This document shows positions 21,785 through 34,139 of a DNA stretch of 64,000 nucleotides, piece after piece. The DNA comes from Botryllus schlosseri (taxonomy: Eukaryota). Location: NCBI GenBank assembly GCA_051294905.1, contig CM119371.1, positions 19,036,001-19,100,000 of the forward strand, written 5' to 3'. Under the pieces are notes generated by a model that worked only from the letters and a program-made list of their open reading frames with translations, did no database searches and was not told the DNA's origin. Each line of letters begins with the position of its first letter. Position 1 is the stretch's first letter. Both the position numbers and the translations under genes were made by a program.

Positions 21785-21905
21785 GCCGTCTACTACACAC
21801 GGTATTCCCAGCCGGTCACCCATGCAAGTACTAACCGGGCCCAACGTTTCTTGACTTCCGAGATCGGACGAGATCGGGTATATTCAACGTGGTATGGTCG
21901 TAGGC
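21785..21905 (-). rRNA. RNA5S: 5S rRNA type C
   Basis: Array copy. Confidence 0.85.
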
Positions 21906-22250
21906 AAGTGTGGTTACCAATTCTGACGTTTTATGTGACAATTTCCGTCGACAGCCGCCAGAAAAGCAGATTGTCTGATTGCGCTGGGGCATTTTCAACC
22001 CGTCTGCCAGCGTTCGAATATCGTTGGCATCCTGCTCTGTTCTTGTATCTTGTGGACAAACACACAATTAAGCTCTCGCTGTCAGAGTAGTTATTTTATT
22101 GTACTTTCTGTCATGTCAAAACAGTACGAGAGTTTGATATAATGAAAATGTGTTAGGCCGATTACAATTCCAAATTTCGCGCGATAGTTCATTTGAAAAT
22201 AAAGCACAGCAATCGAATTGATCGAGTTTGTGCGGAAAAAAAATGCAAAA

Positions 22251-22369
22251 GCCTACGTGCACCCGGTATTCCCAGCCGGTCACCCATGCAAGTACTAACT
22301 GAGCCCAACGCCGCTTAACTTCCGAGATCAGACGAGATCGGGTGTATTCAACGTGGTATGGTCGTAGGC
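22251..22369 (-). rRNA. RNA5S: 5S rRNA type A
   Basis: Array copy. Confidence 0.9.
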
Positions 22370-22797
22370 GACAGTGGATACAATCTGTGCCGTTTTACGT
22401 GACATTTTTCGTTCATCTCAGGCGAAAAGTCGCCACGCTGCCAACGATGAGACGCCTGAAAAGCAGATTGTCTGATTGCGCCAAGGCACTTTCGGCCCAA
22501 TAACTGGAAAGAAAAGTCTGCTAGCGGTCGAATATCATTGGCGTCCTGCTCTGTTCTTGCATCTGGTCAACAAACACACAAGTAAGCTCTCGCTGTAGGA
22601 GTAGTTATTTTATTGCACTTTTCGTCATGTGAAAACAGCACGAGATTTCGATATAATGACAATGTGTTAGGCCTAGTATAACTACAAATTGAAATAAGCG
22701 GCGGCCAGCAAATGATGACATTCATAGTTGTACGTAGGCCTACGTGCGCATACAAAACAGTTGCAAGCAAATTGATCGTGTTTGCGCGACAAAAATA

Positions 22798-22915
22798 GCC
22801 TTCTACACCCGGTATTCCCAGCCGGTCACCCACGCAAGTACTAACTGAGCCCAACGTCGCTTAAATTCCGAGATCAGACGAGATCGGGTGTATTCAACGT
22901 GGTATGGTCGTAGGC
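22798..22915 (-). rRNA. RNA5S: 5S rRNA A/B chimera
   Basis: Type A body with type B 3' end. Confidence 0.85.
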
Positions 22916-23343
22916 GACAGTGGATACAATCTGTGCCGTTTTACGTGACATTTTTCGTTCATCTCAGGCGAAAAGTCGCCACGCTGCCAACGATGAGACG
23001 CCTGAAAAGCAGATTGTCTGATTGCGTCAAGGCACTTTCGGCCCAATAACTGGAAAGAAAAGTCTGCTAGCGGTCGAATATCATTGGCGTCCTGCTCTGT
23101 TCTTGTATCTGGTCAACAAACACACAAGTAAGCTCTCGCTGTCAGAGTAGTTATTTTATTGCACTTTTCGTCATGTGAAAACAGCACGAGATTTCGATAT
23201 AATGACAATGTGTTAGGCCTAGTATAACTACAAATTGAAATAAGCGGCGGCCAGCAAATGATGACATTCATAGTTGTACGTAGGCCTACGTGCGCATACA
23301 AAACAGTTGCAAGCAAATTGATCGTGTTTGCGCGACAAAAATA

Positions 23344-23461
23344 GCCTTCTACACCCGGTATTCCCAGCCGGTCACCCATGCAAGTACTAACCGGGCCCAA
23401 CGTTGCTTGACTTCCGAGATCGGACGAGATCGGGTATATTCAACGTGGTATGGTCGTAGGC
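23344..23461 (-). rRNA. RNA5S: 5S rRNA type B
   Basis: Array copy. Confidence 0.9.
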
Positions 23462-23819
23462 AAGTGTGGTTACCAATTCTGACGTTTTATGTTGACAATT
23501 TCCGTCGCCATGCTGTCGACGAGACGCCAGAAAAGCAGATTGTCTGATTGCGCTGGGGCATTTTCAACCCGTCTGCCAGCGTTCGAATATCGTTGGCATC
23601 CTGCTCTGTTCTTGTATCTTGTGGACAAACACACAATTAAGCTCTCGCTGTCAGAGTAGTTATTTTATTGTACTTTCTGTCATGTCAAAACAGTACGAGA
23701 GTTTGATATAATGAAAATGTGTTAGGCCGATTACAATTCCAAATTTCGCGCGATAGTTCATTTGAAAATAAAGCACAGCAATCGAATTGATCGAGTTTGT
23801 GCGGAAAAAAAATGCAAAA

Positions 23820-23938
23820 GCCTACATGCACCCGGTATTCCCAGCCGGTCACCCATGCAAGTACTAACTGAGCCCAACGCCGCTTAACTTCCGAGATCAG
23901 ACGAGATCGGGTGTATTCAACGTGGTATGGTCGTAGGC
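23820..23938 (-). rRNA. RNA5S: 5S rRNA type A
   Basis: Array copy. Confidence 0.9.
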
Positions 23939-24366
23939 GACAGTGGATACAATCTGTGCCGTTTTACGTGACATTTTTCGTTCATCTCAGGCGAAAAGTC
24001 GCCACGCTGCCAACGATGAGACGCCTGAAAAGCAGATTGTCTGATTGCGTCAAGGCACTTTCGGCCCAATAACTGGAAAGAAAAGTCTGCTAGCGGTCGA
24101 ATATCATTGGCGTCCTGCTCTGTTCTTGTATCTGGTCAACAAACACACAAGTAAGCTCTCGCTGTCAGAGTAGTTATTTTATTGCACTTTTCGTCATGTG
24201 AAAACAGCACGAGATTTCGATATAATGACAATGTGTTAGGCCTAGTATAACTACAAATTGAAATAAGCGGCGGCCAGCAAATGATGACATTCATAGTTGT
24301 ACGTAGGCCTACGTGCGCATACAAAACAGTTGCAAGCAAATTGATCGTGTTTGCGCGACAAAAATA

Positions 24367-24484
24367 GCCTTCTACACCCGGTATTCCCAGCCGGTCACCC
24401 ATGCAAGTACTAACCGGGCCCAACGTTTCTTGACTTCCGAGATCGGACGAGATCGGGTATATTCAACGTGGTATGGTCGTAGGC
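24367..24484 (-). rRNA. RNA5S: 5S rRNA B/C chimera
   Basis: Type C 5' part with type B 3' end. Confidence 0.87.
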
Positions 24485-24831
24485 AAGTGTGGCTACCAAT
24501 TCTGACGTTTTATGTGACAATTTCCGTCGACAGCCGCCAGAAAAGCAGATTGTCTGATTGCGCTGGGGCATTTTCAACCCGTCTGCCAGCGTTCGAATAT
24601 CGTTGGCATCCTGCTCTGTTCTTGTATCTTGTGGACAAACACACAATTAAGCTCTCGCTGTCAGAGTAGTTATTTTATTGTACTTTCTGTCATGTCAAAA
24701 CAGTACGAGAGTTTGATATAATGAAAATGTGTTAGTCCGATTACAATTCCAAATTTCGCGCGATAGTTCATTTGAAAATAAAGCACAGCAATCGAATTGA
24801 TCGAGTTTCCGCGGAAAAAAAAAATGCAAAA

Positions 24832-24950
24832 GCCTACATGCACCCGGTATTCCCAGCCGGTCACCCATGCACGTACTAACTGAGCCCAACGCCGCTTAAC
24901 TTCCGAGATCAGACGAGATCGGGTGTATTCAACGTGGTATGGTCGTAGGC
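24832..24950 (-). rRNA. RNA5S: 5S rRNA type A
   Basis: Array copy. Confidence 0.9.
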
Positions 24951-25378
24951 GACAGTGGATACAATCTGTGCCGTTTTACGTGACATTTTTCGTTCATCTC
25001 AGGCGAAAAGTCGCCACGCTGCCAACGATGAGACGCCTGAAAAGCAGATTGTCTGATTGTGCCAAGGCACTTTCGGCCCAATAACTGGAAAGGAAAGTCT
25101 GCTAGCGGTCGAATATCATTGGCGTCCTGCTCTGTTCTTGTATCTGGTCAACAAACACACAAGTAAGCTCTCGCTGTCAGAGTAGTTATTTTATTGCACT
25201 TTTCGTCATGTGAAAACAGCACGAGATTTCGATATAATGACAATGTGTTAGGCCTAGTATAACTACAAATTGAAATAAGCGGCGGCCAGCAAATGATGAC
25301 ATTCATAGTTGTACGTAGGCCTACGTGCGCATACAAAACAGTTGCAAGCAAATTGATCGTGTTTGCGCGACAAAAATA

Positions 25379-25496
25379 GCCTTCTACACCCGGTATTCCC
25401 AGCCGGTCACCCATGCAAGTACTAACCGGGCCCAACGTTGCTTGACTTCCGAGATCGGACGAGATCGGGTATATTCAACGTGGTATGGTCGTAGGC
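25379..25496 (-). rRNA. RNA5S: 5S rRNA type B
   Basis: Array copy. Confidence 0.9.
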
Positions 25497-25854
25497 AAGT
25501 GTGGTTACCAATTCTGACGTTTTATGTTGACAATTTCCGTCGCCATGCTGTCGACGAGACGCCAGAAAAGCAGATTGTCTGATTGCGCTGGGGCATTTTC
25601 AACCCGTCTGCCAGCGTTCGAATATCGTTGGCATCCTGCTCTGTTCTTGTATCTTGTGGACAAACACACAATTAAGCTCTCGCTGTCAGAGTAGTTATTT
25701 TATTGTACTTTCTGTCATGTCAAAACAGTACGAGAGTTTGATATTATGAAAATGTGTTAGGCCGATTACAATTCCAAATTTCGCGCGATAGTTCATTTGA
25801 AAATAAAGCACAGCAATCGAATTGATCGAGTTTGTGCGGAAAAAAAATGCAAAA

Positions 25855-25973
25855 GCCTACATGCACCCGGTATTCCCAGCCGGTCACCCATGCAAGTACT
25901 AACTGAGCCCAACGCCGCTTAACTTCCGAGATCAGACGAGATCGGGTGTATTCAACGTGGTATGGTCGTAGGC
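25855..25973 (-). rRNA. RNA5S: 5S rRNA type A
   Basis: Array copy. Confidence 0.9.
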
Positions 25974-26401
25974 GACAGTGGATACAATCTGTGCCGTTTT
26001 ACGTGACATTTTTCGTTCATCTCATGCGAAAAGTCGCCACGCTGCCAACGATGAGACGCCTGAAAAGCAGATTGTCTGATTGCGCCAAGGCACTTTCGGC
26101 CCAATAACTGGAAAGAAAAGTCTGCTAGCGGTCGAATATCATTGGCGTCCTGCTCTGTTCTTGTATCTGGTCAACAAACACACAAGTAAGCTCTCGCTGT
26201 CAGAGTAGTTATTTTATTGCACTTTTCGTCATGTGAAAACAGCACGAGATTTCGATATAATGACAATGTGTTAGGCCTAGTATAACTACAAATTGAAATA
26301 AGCGGCGGCCAGCAAATGATGACATTCATAGTTGTACGTAGGCCTACGTGCGCATACAAAACAGTTGCAAGCAAATTGATCGTGTTTGCGCGACAAAAAT
26401 A

Positions 26402-26519
26402 GCCTTCTACACCCGGTATTCCCAGCCGGTCACCCATGCAAGTACTAACCGGGCCCAACGTTGCTTGACTTCCGAGATCGGACGAGATCGGGTATATTCA
26501 ACGTGGTATGGTCGTAGGC
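26402..26519 (-). rRNA. RNA5S: 5S rRNA type B
   Basis: Array copy. Confidence 0.9.
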
Positions 26520-26877
26520 AAGTGTGGTTACCAATTCTGACGTTTTATGTTGACAATTTCCGTCGCCATGCTGTCGACGAGACGCCAGAAAAGCAGATTG
26601 TCTGATTGCGCTGGGGCATTTTCAACCCGTCTGCCAGCGTTCGAATATCGTTGGCATCCTGCTCTGTTCTTGTATCTTGTGGACAAACACACAATTAAGC
26701 TCTCGCTGTCAGAGTAGTTATTTTATTGTACTTTCTGTCATGTCAAAACAGTACGAGAGTTTGATATAATGAAAATGTGTTAGGCCGATTACAATTCCAA
26801 ATTTCGCGCGATAGTTCATTTGAAAATAAAGCACAGCAATCGAATTGATCGAGTTTGTGCGGAAAAAAAATGCAAAA

Positions 26878-26996
26878 GCCTACATGCACCCGGTATTCCC
26901 AGCCGGTCACCCATGCAAGTACTAACTGAGCCCAACGCCGCTCAACTTCCGAGATCAGACGAGATCGGGTGTATTCAACGTGGTATGGTCGTAGGC
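26878..26996 (-). rRNA. RNA5S: 5S rRNA type A
   Basis: Array copy. Confidence 0.9.
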
Positions 26997-27424
26997 GACA
27001 GTGGATACAATCTGTACCGTTTTACGTGACATTTTTCGTTCATCTCAGGCGAAAAGTCGCCACGCTGCCAACGATGAGACGCCTGAAAAGCAGATTGTCT
27101 GATTGCGCCAAGGCACTTTCGGCCCAATAACTGGAAAGAAAAGTCTGCTAGCGGTCGAATATCATTGGCGTCCTGCTCTGTTCTTGTATCTGGTCAACAA
27201 ACACACAAGTAAGCTCTCGCTGTCAGAGTAGTTATTTTATTGCACTTTTCGTCATATGAAAACAGCACGAGATTTCGATATAATGACAATGTGTTAGGCC
27301 TAGTATAACTACAAATTGAAATAAGCGGCGGCCAGCAAATGATGACATTCATAGTTGTACGTAGGCCTACGTGCGCATACAAAACAGTTGCAAGCAAATT
27401 GATCGTGTTTGCGCGACAAAAATA

Positions 27425-27542
27425 GCCTTCTACACCCGGTATTCCCAGCCGGTCACCCATGCAAGTACTAACCGGGCCCAACGTTGCTTGACTTCCGAGA
27501 TCGGACGAGATCGGGTATATTCAACGTGGTATGGTCGTAGGC
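27425..27542 (-). rRNA. RNA5S: 5S rRNA type B
   Basis: Array copy. Confidence 0.9.
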
Positions 27543-27900
27543 AAGTGTGGTTACCAATTCTGACGTTTTATGTTGACAATTTCCGTCGCCATGCTGTCGA
27601 CGAGACGCCAGAAAAGCAGATTGTCTGATTGCGCTGGGGCATTTTCAACCCGTCTGCCAGCGTTCGAATATCGTTGGCATCCTGCTCTGTTCTTGTATCT
27701 TGTGGACAAACACACAATTAAGCTCTCGCTGTCAGAGTAGTTATTTTATTGTACTTTCTGTCATGTCAAAACAGTACGAGAGTTTGATACAATGAAAATG
27801 TGTTAGGCCGATTACAATTCCAAATTTCGCGCGATAGTTCATTTGAAAATAAAGCACAGCAATCGAATTGATCGAGTTTGTGCGGAAAAAAAATGCAAAA

Positions 27901-28019
27901 GCCTACATGCACCCGGTATTCCCAGCCGGTCACCCATGCAAGTACTAACTGAGCCCAACGCCGCTTAACTTCCGAGATCAGACGAGATCGGGTGTATTCA
28001 ACGTGGTATGGTCGTAGGC
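27901..28019 (-). rRNA. RNA5S: 5S rRNA type A
   Basis: Array copy. Confidence 0.9.
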
Positions 28020-28447
28020 GACAGTGGATACAATCTGTTCCGTTTTACGTGACATTTTTCGTTCATCTCAGGCGAAAAGTCGCCACGCTGCCACCGATGA
28101 GACGCCTGAAAAGCAGATTGTCTGATTGCGCCAAGGCACTTTCGGCCCAATAACTGGAAAGAAAAGTCTGCTAGCGGTCGAATATCATTGGCGTCCTGCT
28201 CTGTTCTTGTATCTGGTCAACAAACACACAAGTAAGCTCTCGCTGTCAGAGTAGTTATTTTATTGCACTTTTCGTCATGTGAAAACAGCACGAGATTTCG
28301 ATATAATGACAATGTGTTAGGCCTAGTATAACTACAAATTGAAATAAGCGGCGGCCAGCAAATGATGACATTCATAGTTGTACGTAGGCCTACGTGCGCA
28401 TACAAAACAGTTGCAAGCAAATTGATCGTGTTTGCGCGACAAAAATA

Positions 28448-28565
28448 GCCTTCTACACCCGGTATTCCCAGCCGGTCACCCATGCAAGTACTAACCGGGC
28501 CCAACGTTTCTTGACTTCCGAGATCGGACGAGATCGGGTATATTCAACGTGGTATGGTCGTAGGC
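28448..28565 (-). rRNA. RNA5S: 5S rRNA B/C chimera
   Basis: Type C 5' part with type B 3' end. Confidence 0.87.
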
Positions 28566-28910
28566 AAGTGTGGTTACCAATTCTGACGTTTTATGTGACA
28601 ATTTCCGTCGACAGCCGCCAGAAAAGCAGATTGTCTGATTGCGCTGGGGCATTTTCAACCCGTCTGCCAGGGTTCGAATATCGTTGGCATCCTGCTCTGT
28701 TCTTGTATCTTTTGGACAAACACACAATTAAGCTCTCGCTGTCAGAGTAGTTATTTTATTGTACTTTCTGTCATGTCAAAACAGTACGAGAGTTTGATAT
28801 AATGAAAATGTGTTAGGCCGATTACAATTCCAAATTTCGCGCGATAGTTCATTTGAAAATAAAGCACAGCAATCGAATTGATCGAGTTTGTGCGGAAAAA
28901 AAATGCAAAA

Positions 28911-29029
28911 GCCTACATGCACTCGGTATTCCCAGCCGGTCACCCATGCAAGTACTAACTGAGCCCAACGCCGCTTAACTTCCGAGATCAGACGAGATCG
29001 GGTGTATTCAACGTGGTATGGTCGTAGGC
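28911..29029 (-). rRNA. RNA5S: 5S rRNA type A
   Basis: Array copy. Confidence 0.9.
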
Positions 29030-29457
29030 GACAGTGGATACAATCTGTGCCGTTTTACGTGACATTTTTCGTTCATCTCAGGCGAAAAGTCGCCACGCTG
29101 CCAACGATGAGACGCCTGAAAAGCAGATTGTCTGATTGCGCCAAGGCACTTTCGGCCCAATAACTGGAAAGAAAAGTCTGCTAGCGGTCGAATATCATTG
29201 GCGTCCTGCTCTGTTCTTGTATCTGGTCAACAAACACACAAGTAAGCTCTCGCTGTCAGAGTAGTTATTTTATTGCACTTTTCGTCATGTGAAAACAGCA
29301 CGAGATTTCAATATAATGACAATGTGTTAGGCCTAGTATAACTACAAATTGAAATAAGCGGCGGCCAGCAAATGATGACATTCATAGTTGTACGTAGGCC
29401 TACGTGCGCATACAAAACAGTTGCAAGCAAATTGATCGTGTTTGCGCGACAAAAATA

Positions 29458-29575
29458 GCCTTCTACACCCGGTATTCCCAGCCGGTCACCCATGCAAGTA
29501 CTAACCGGGCCCAACGTTGCTTGACTTCCGAGATCGGACGAGATCGGGTATATTCAACGTGGTATGGTCGTAGGC
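29458..29575 (-). rRNA. RNA5S: 5S rRNA type B
   Basis: Array copy. Confidence 0.9.
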
Positions 29576-29933
29576 AAGTGTGGTTACCAATTCTGACGTT
29601 TTATGTTGACAATTTCCGTCGCCATGCTGTCGACGAGACGCCAGAAAAGCAGATTGTCTGATTGCGCTGGGGCATTTTCAACCCGTCTGCCAGTGTTCGA
29701 ATATCGTTGGCATCCTGCTCTGTTCTTGTATCTTGTGGACAAACACACAATTAAGCTCTCGCTGTCAGAGTAGTTTTTTTATTGTACTTTCTGTCATGTC
29801 AAAACAGTACGAGAGTTTGATATAATGAAAATGTGTTAGGCCGATTACAATTCCAAATTTCGCGCGATAGTTCATTTGAAAATAAAGCACAGCAATCGAA
29901 TTGATCGAGTTTGTGCGGAAAAAAAATGCAAAA

Positions 29934-30052
29934 GCCTACATGCACCCGGTATTCCCAGCCGGTCACCCATGCAAGTACTAACTGAGCCCAACGCCGCTTA
30001 ACTTCCGAGATCAGACGAGATCGGGTGTATTCAACGTGGTATGGTCGTAGGC
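29934..30052 (-). rRNA. RNA5S: 5S rRNA type A
   Basis: Array copy. Confidence 0.9.
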
Positions 30053-30485
30053 GACAGTGGATACAATCTGTGCCGTTTTACGTGACATTTTTCGTTCATC
30101 TCAGGCGAAAAGTCGCCACGCTGCCAACGATGAGACGCCTGAAAAGCAGATTGTCTGATTGCGCCAAGGCACTTTCGGCCCAATAACTGGAAAGAAAAGT
30201 CTGCTAGCGGTCGAATATCATTGGCGTCCTGCTCTGTTCTTGTATCTGGTCAACAAACACACAAGTAAGCTCTCGCTGTCAGAGTAGTTATTTTATTGCA
30301 CTTTTCGTCATGTGAAAACAGCACGAGATTTCGATATAATGACAATGTGTTAGGCCTAGTATAACTACAAATTGAAATAAGCGGCGGCCAGCAAATGATG
30401 ACATTTATAGTTGTACGTAGGCCTACGTGCGCATACAAAACAGTTGCAATCTAATTGATCGAGTTTGTGCGACAAAAATGCAAAA

Positions 30486-30606
30486 GCCGTCTACTACACA
30501 TGGTATTCCCAGCCGGTCACCCATGCAAGTACTAACCGGGCCCAACGTTTCTTGACTTCCGAGATCGGACGAGATCGGGTATATTCAACGTGGTATGGTC
30601 GTAGGC
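30486..30606 (-). rRNA. RNA5S: 5S rRNA type C
   Basis: Array copy. Confidence 0.85.
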
Positions 30607-30951
30607 AAGTGTGGTTACCAATTCTGACGTTTTATGTGACAATTTCCGTCGACAGCCGCCAGAAAAGCAGATTGTCTGATTGCGCTGGGGCATTTTCAAC
30701 CCGTCTGCCAGCGTTCGAATATCGTTGGCATCCTGCTCTGTTCTTGTATCTTGTGGACAAACACACAATTAAGCTCTCGCTGTCAGAGTAGTTATTTTAT
30801 TGTACTTTCTGTCATGTCAAAACAGTACGAGAGTTTGATATAATGAAAATGTGTTAGGCCGATTACAATTCCAAATTTCGCGCGATAGTTCATTTGAAAA
30901 TAAAGCACAGCAATCGAATTGATCGAGTTTGCGCGGAAAAAAAATGCAAAA

Positions 30952-31070
30952 GCCTACATGCACCCGGTATTCCCAGCCGGTCACCCATGCAAGTACTAAC
31001 TGAGCCCAACGCCGCTTAACTTCCGAGATCAGACGAGATCGGGTGTATTCAACGTGGTATGGTCGTAGGC
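30952..31070 (-). rRNA. RNA5S: 5S rRNA type A
   Basis: Array copy. Confidence 0.9.
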
Positions 31071-31498
31071 GACAGTGGATACAATCTGTGCCGTTTTACG
31101 TGACATTTTTCGTTCATCTCAGGCGAAAAGTCGCCACGCTGCCAACGATGAGACGCCTGAAAAGCAGATTGTCTGATTGTGCCAAGGCACTTTCGGCCCA
31201 ATAACTGGAAAGAAAAGTCTGCTAGCGGTCGAATATCATTGGCGTCCTGCTCTGTTCTTGTATCTGGTCAACAAACACACAAGTAAGCTCTCGCTGTCAG
31301 AGTAGTTATTTTATTGCACTTTTCGTCATGTGAAAACAGCACGAGATTTCAATATAATGACAATGTGTTAGGCCTAGTATAACTACAAATTGAAATAAGC
31401 GGCGGCCAGCAAATGATGACATTCATAGTTGTACGTAGGCCTACGTGCGCATACAAAACAGTTGCAAGCAAATTGATCGTGTTTGCGCGACAAAAATA

Positions 31499-31616
31499 GC
31501 CTTCTACACCCGGTATTCCCAGCCGGTCACCCATGCAAGTACTAACCGCGCCCAACGTTGCTTGACTTCCGAGATCGGACGAGATCGGGTATATTCAACG
31601 TGGTATGGTCGTAGGC
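31499..31616 (-). rRNA. RNA5S: 5S rRNA type B
   Basis: Array copy. Confidence 0.9.
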
Positions 31617-31974
31617 AAGTGTGGTTACCAATTCTGACGTTTTATGTTGACAATTTCCGTCGCCATGCTGTCGACGAGACGCCAGAAAAGCAGATTGTCT
31701 GATTGCGCTGGGGCATTTTCAACCCGTCTGCCAGCGTTCGAATATCGTTGGCATCCTGCTCTGTTCTTGTATCTTGTGGACAAACACACAATTAAGCTCT
31801 CGCTGTCAGAGTAGTTATTTTATTGTACTTTCTGTCATGTCAAAACAGTACGAGAGTTTGATATAATGAAAATGTGTTAGGCCGATTACAATTCCAAATT
31901 TCGCGCGATAGTTCATTTGAAAATAAAGCACAGCAATCGAATTGATCGAGTTTGTGCGGAAAAAAAATGCAAAA

Positions 31975-32093
31975 GCCTACATGCACCCGGTATTCCCAGC
32001 CGGTCACCCATGCAAGTACTAACTGAGCCCAACGCCGCTTAACTTCCGAGATCAGACGAGTTCGGGTGTATTCAACGTGGTATGGTCGTAGGC
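31975..32093 (-). rRNA. RNA5S: 5S rRNA type A
   Basis: Array copy. Confidence 0.9.
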
Positions 32094-32521
32094 GACAGTG
32101 GATACAATCTGTGCCGTTTTACGTGACATTTTTCGTTCATCTCATGCGAAAAGTCGCCACGCTGCCAACGATGAGACGCCTGAAAAGCAGATTGTCTGAT
32201 TGCGCCAAGGCACTTTCGGCCCAATAACTGGAAAGAAAAGTCTGCTAGCGGTCGAATATCATTGGCGTCCTGCTCTGTTCTTGTATCTGGTCAACAAACA
32301 CACAAGTAAGCTCTCGCTGTCAGAGTAGTTATTTTATTGCACTTTTCGTCATGTGAAAACAGCACGAGATTTCGATATAATGACAATGTGTTAGGCCTAG
32401 TATAACTACAAATTGAAATAAGCGGCGGCCAGCAAATGATGACATTCATAGTTGTACGTAGGCCTACGTGCGCATACAAAACAGTTGCAAGCAAATTGAT
32501 CGTGTTTGCGCGACAAAAATA

Positions 32522-32639
32522 GCCTTCTACACCCGGTATTCCCAGCCGGTCACCCATGCAAGTACTAACCGGGCCCAACGTTGCTTGACTTCCGAGATCG
32601 GACGAGATCGGGTATATTCAACGTGGTATGGTCGTAGGC
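32522..32639 (-). rRNA. RNA5S: 5S rRNA type B
   Basis: Array copy. Confidence 0.9.
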
Positions 32640-32997
32640 AAGTGTGGTTACCAATTCTGACGTTTTATGTTGACAATTTCCGTCGCCATGCTGTCGACGA
32701 GACGCCAGAAAAGCAGATTGTCTGATTGCGCTGGGGCATTTTCAACCCGTCTGCCAGCGTTCGAATATCGTTGGCATCCTGCTCTGTTCTTGTATCTTGT
32801 GGACAAACACACAATTAAGCTCTCGCTGTCAGAGTAGTTATTTTATTGTACTTTCTGTCATGTCAAAACAGTACGAGAGTTTGATATAATGAAAATGTGT
32901 TAGGCCGATTACAATTCCAAATTTCGCGCGATAGTTCATTTGAAAATAAAGCACAGCAATCGAATTGATCGAGTTTGTGCGGAAAAAAAATGCAAAA

Positions 32998-33116
32998 GCC
33001 TACATGCACCCGGTATTCCCAGCCGGTCACCCATGCAAGTACTAACTGAGCCCAACGCCGCTTAACTTCCGAGATCAGACGAGATCGGGTGTATTCAACG
33101 TGGTATGGTCGTAGGC
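32998..33116 (-). rRNA. RNA5S: 5S rRNA type A
   Basis: Array copy. Confidence 0.9.
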
Positions 33117-33544
33117 GACAGTGGATACAATCTGTACAGTTTTACGTGACATTTTTCGTTCATCTCAGGCGAAAAGTCGCCACGCTGCCAACGATGAGAC
33201 GCCTGAAAAGCAGATTGTCTGATTGCGCCAAGGCACTTTCGGCCCAATAACTGGAAAGAAAAGTCTGCTAGCGGTCGAATATCATTGGCGTCCTGCTCTG
33301 TTCTTGTATCTGGTCAACAAACACACAAGTAAGCTCTCGCTGTCAGAGTAGTTATTTTATTGCACTTTTCGTCATGTGAAAACAGCACGAGATTTCGATA
33401 TAATGACAATGTGTTAGGCCTAGTATAACTACAAATTGAAATAAGCGGCGGCCAGCAAATGATGACATTCATAGTTGTACGTAGGCCTACGTGCGCATAC
33501 AAAACAGTTGCAAGCAAATTGATCGTGTTTGCGCGACAAAAATA

Positions 33545-33662
33545 GCCTTCTACACCCGGTATTCCCAGCCGGTCACCCATGCAAGTACTAACCGGGCCCA
33601 ACGTTGCTTGACTTCCGAGATCGGACGAGATCGGGTATATTCAACGTGGTATGGTCGTAGGC
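33545..33662 (-). rRNA. RNA5S: 5S rRNA type B
   Basis: Array copy. Confidence 0.9.
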
Positions 33663-34020
33663 AAGTGTGGTTACCAATTCTGACGTTTTATGTTGACAAT
33701 TTCCGTCGCCATGCTGTCGACGAGACGCCAGAAAAGCAGATTGTCTGATTGCGCTGGGGCATTTTCAACCCGTCTGCCAGCGTTCGAATATCGTTGGCAT
33801 CCTGCTCTGTTCTTGTATCTTGTGGACAAACACACAATTAAGCTCTCGCTGTCAGAGTAGTTATTTTATTGTACTTTCTGTCATGTCAAAACAGTACGAG
33901 AGTTTGATATAATGAAAATGTGTTAGGCCGATTACAATTCCAAATTTCGCGCGATAGTTCATTTGAAAATAAAGCACAGCAATCGAATTGATCGAGTTTG
34001 TGCGGAAAAAAAATGCAAAA

Positions 34021-34139
34021 GCCTACATGCACCCGGTATTCCCAGCCGGTCACCCATGCAAGTACTAACTGAGCCCAACGCCGCTTAACTTCCGAGATCA
34101 GACGAGATCGGGTGTATTCAACGTGGTATGGTCGTAGGC
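34021..34139 (-). rRNA. RNA5S: 5S rRNA type A, upstream flank interrupted at -18
   Basis: Array copy next to the CACTG element. Confidence 0.9.
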
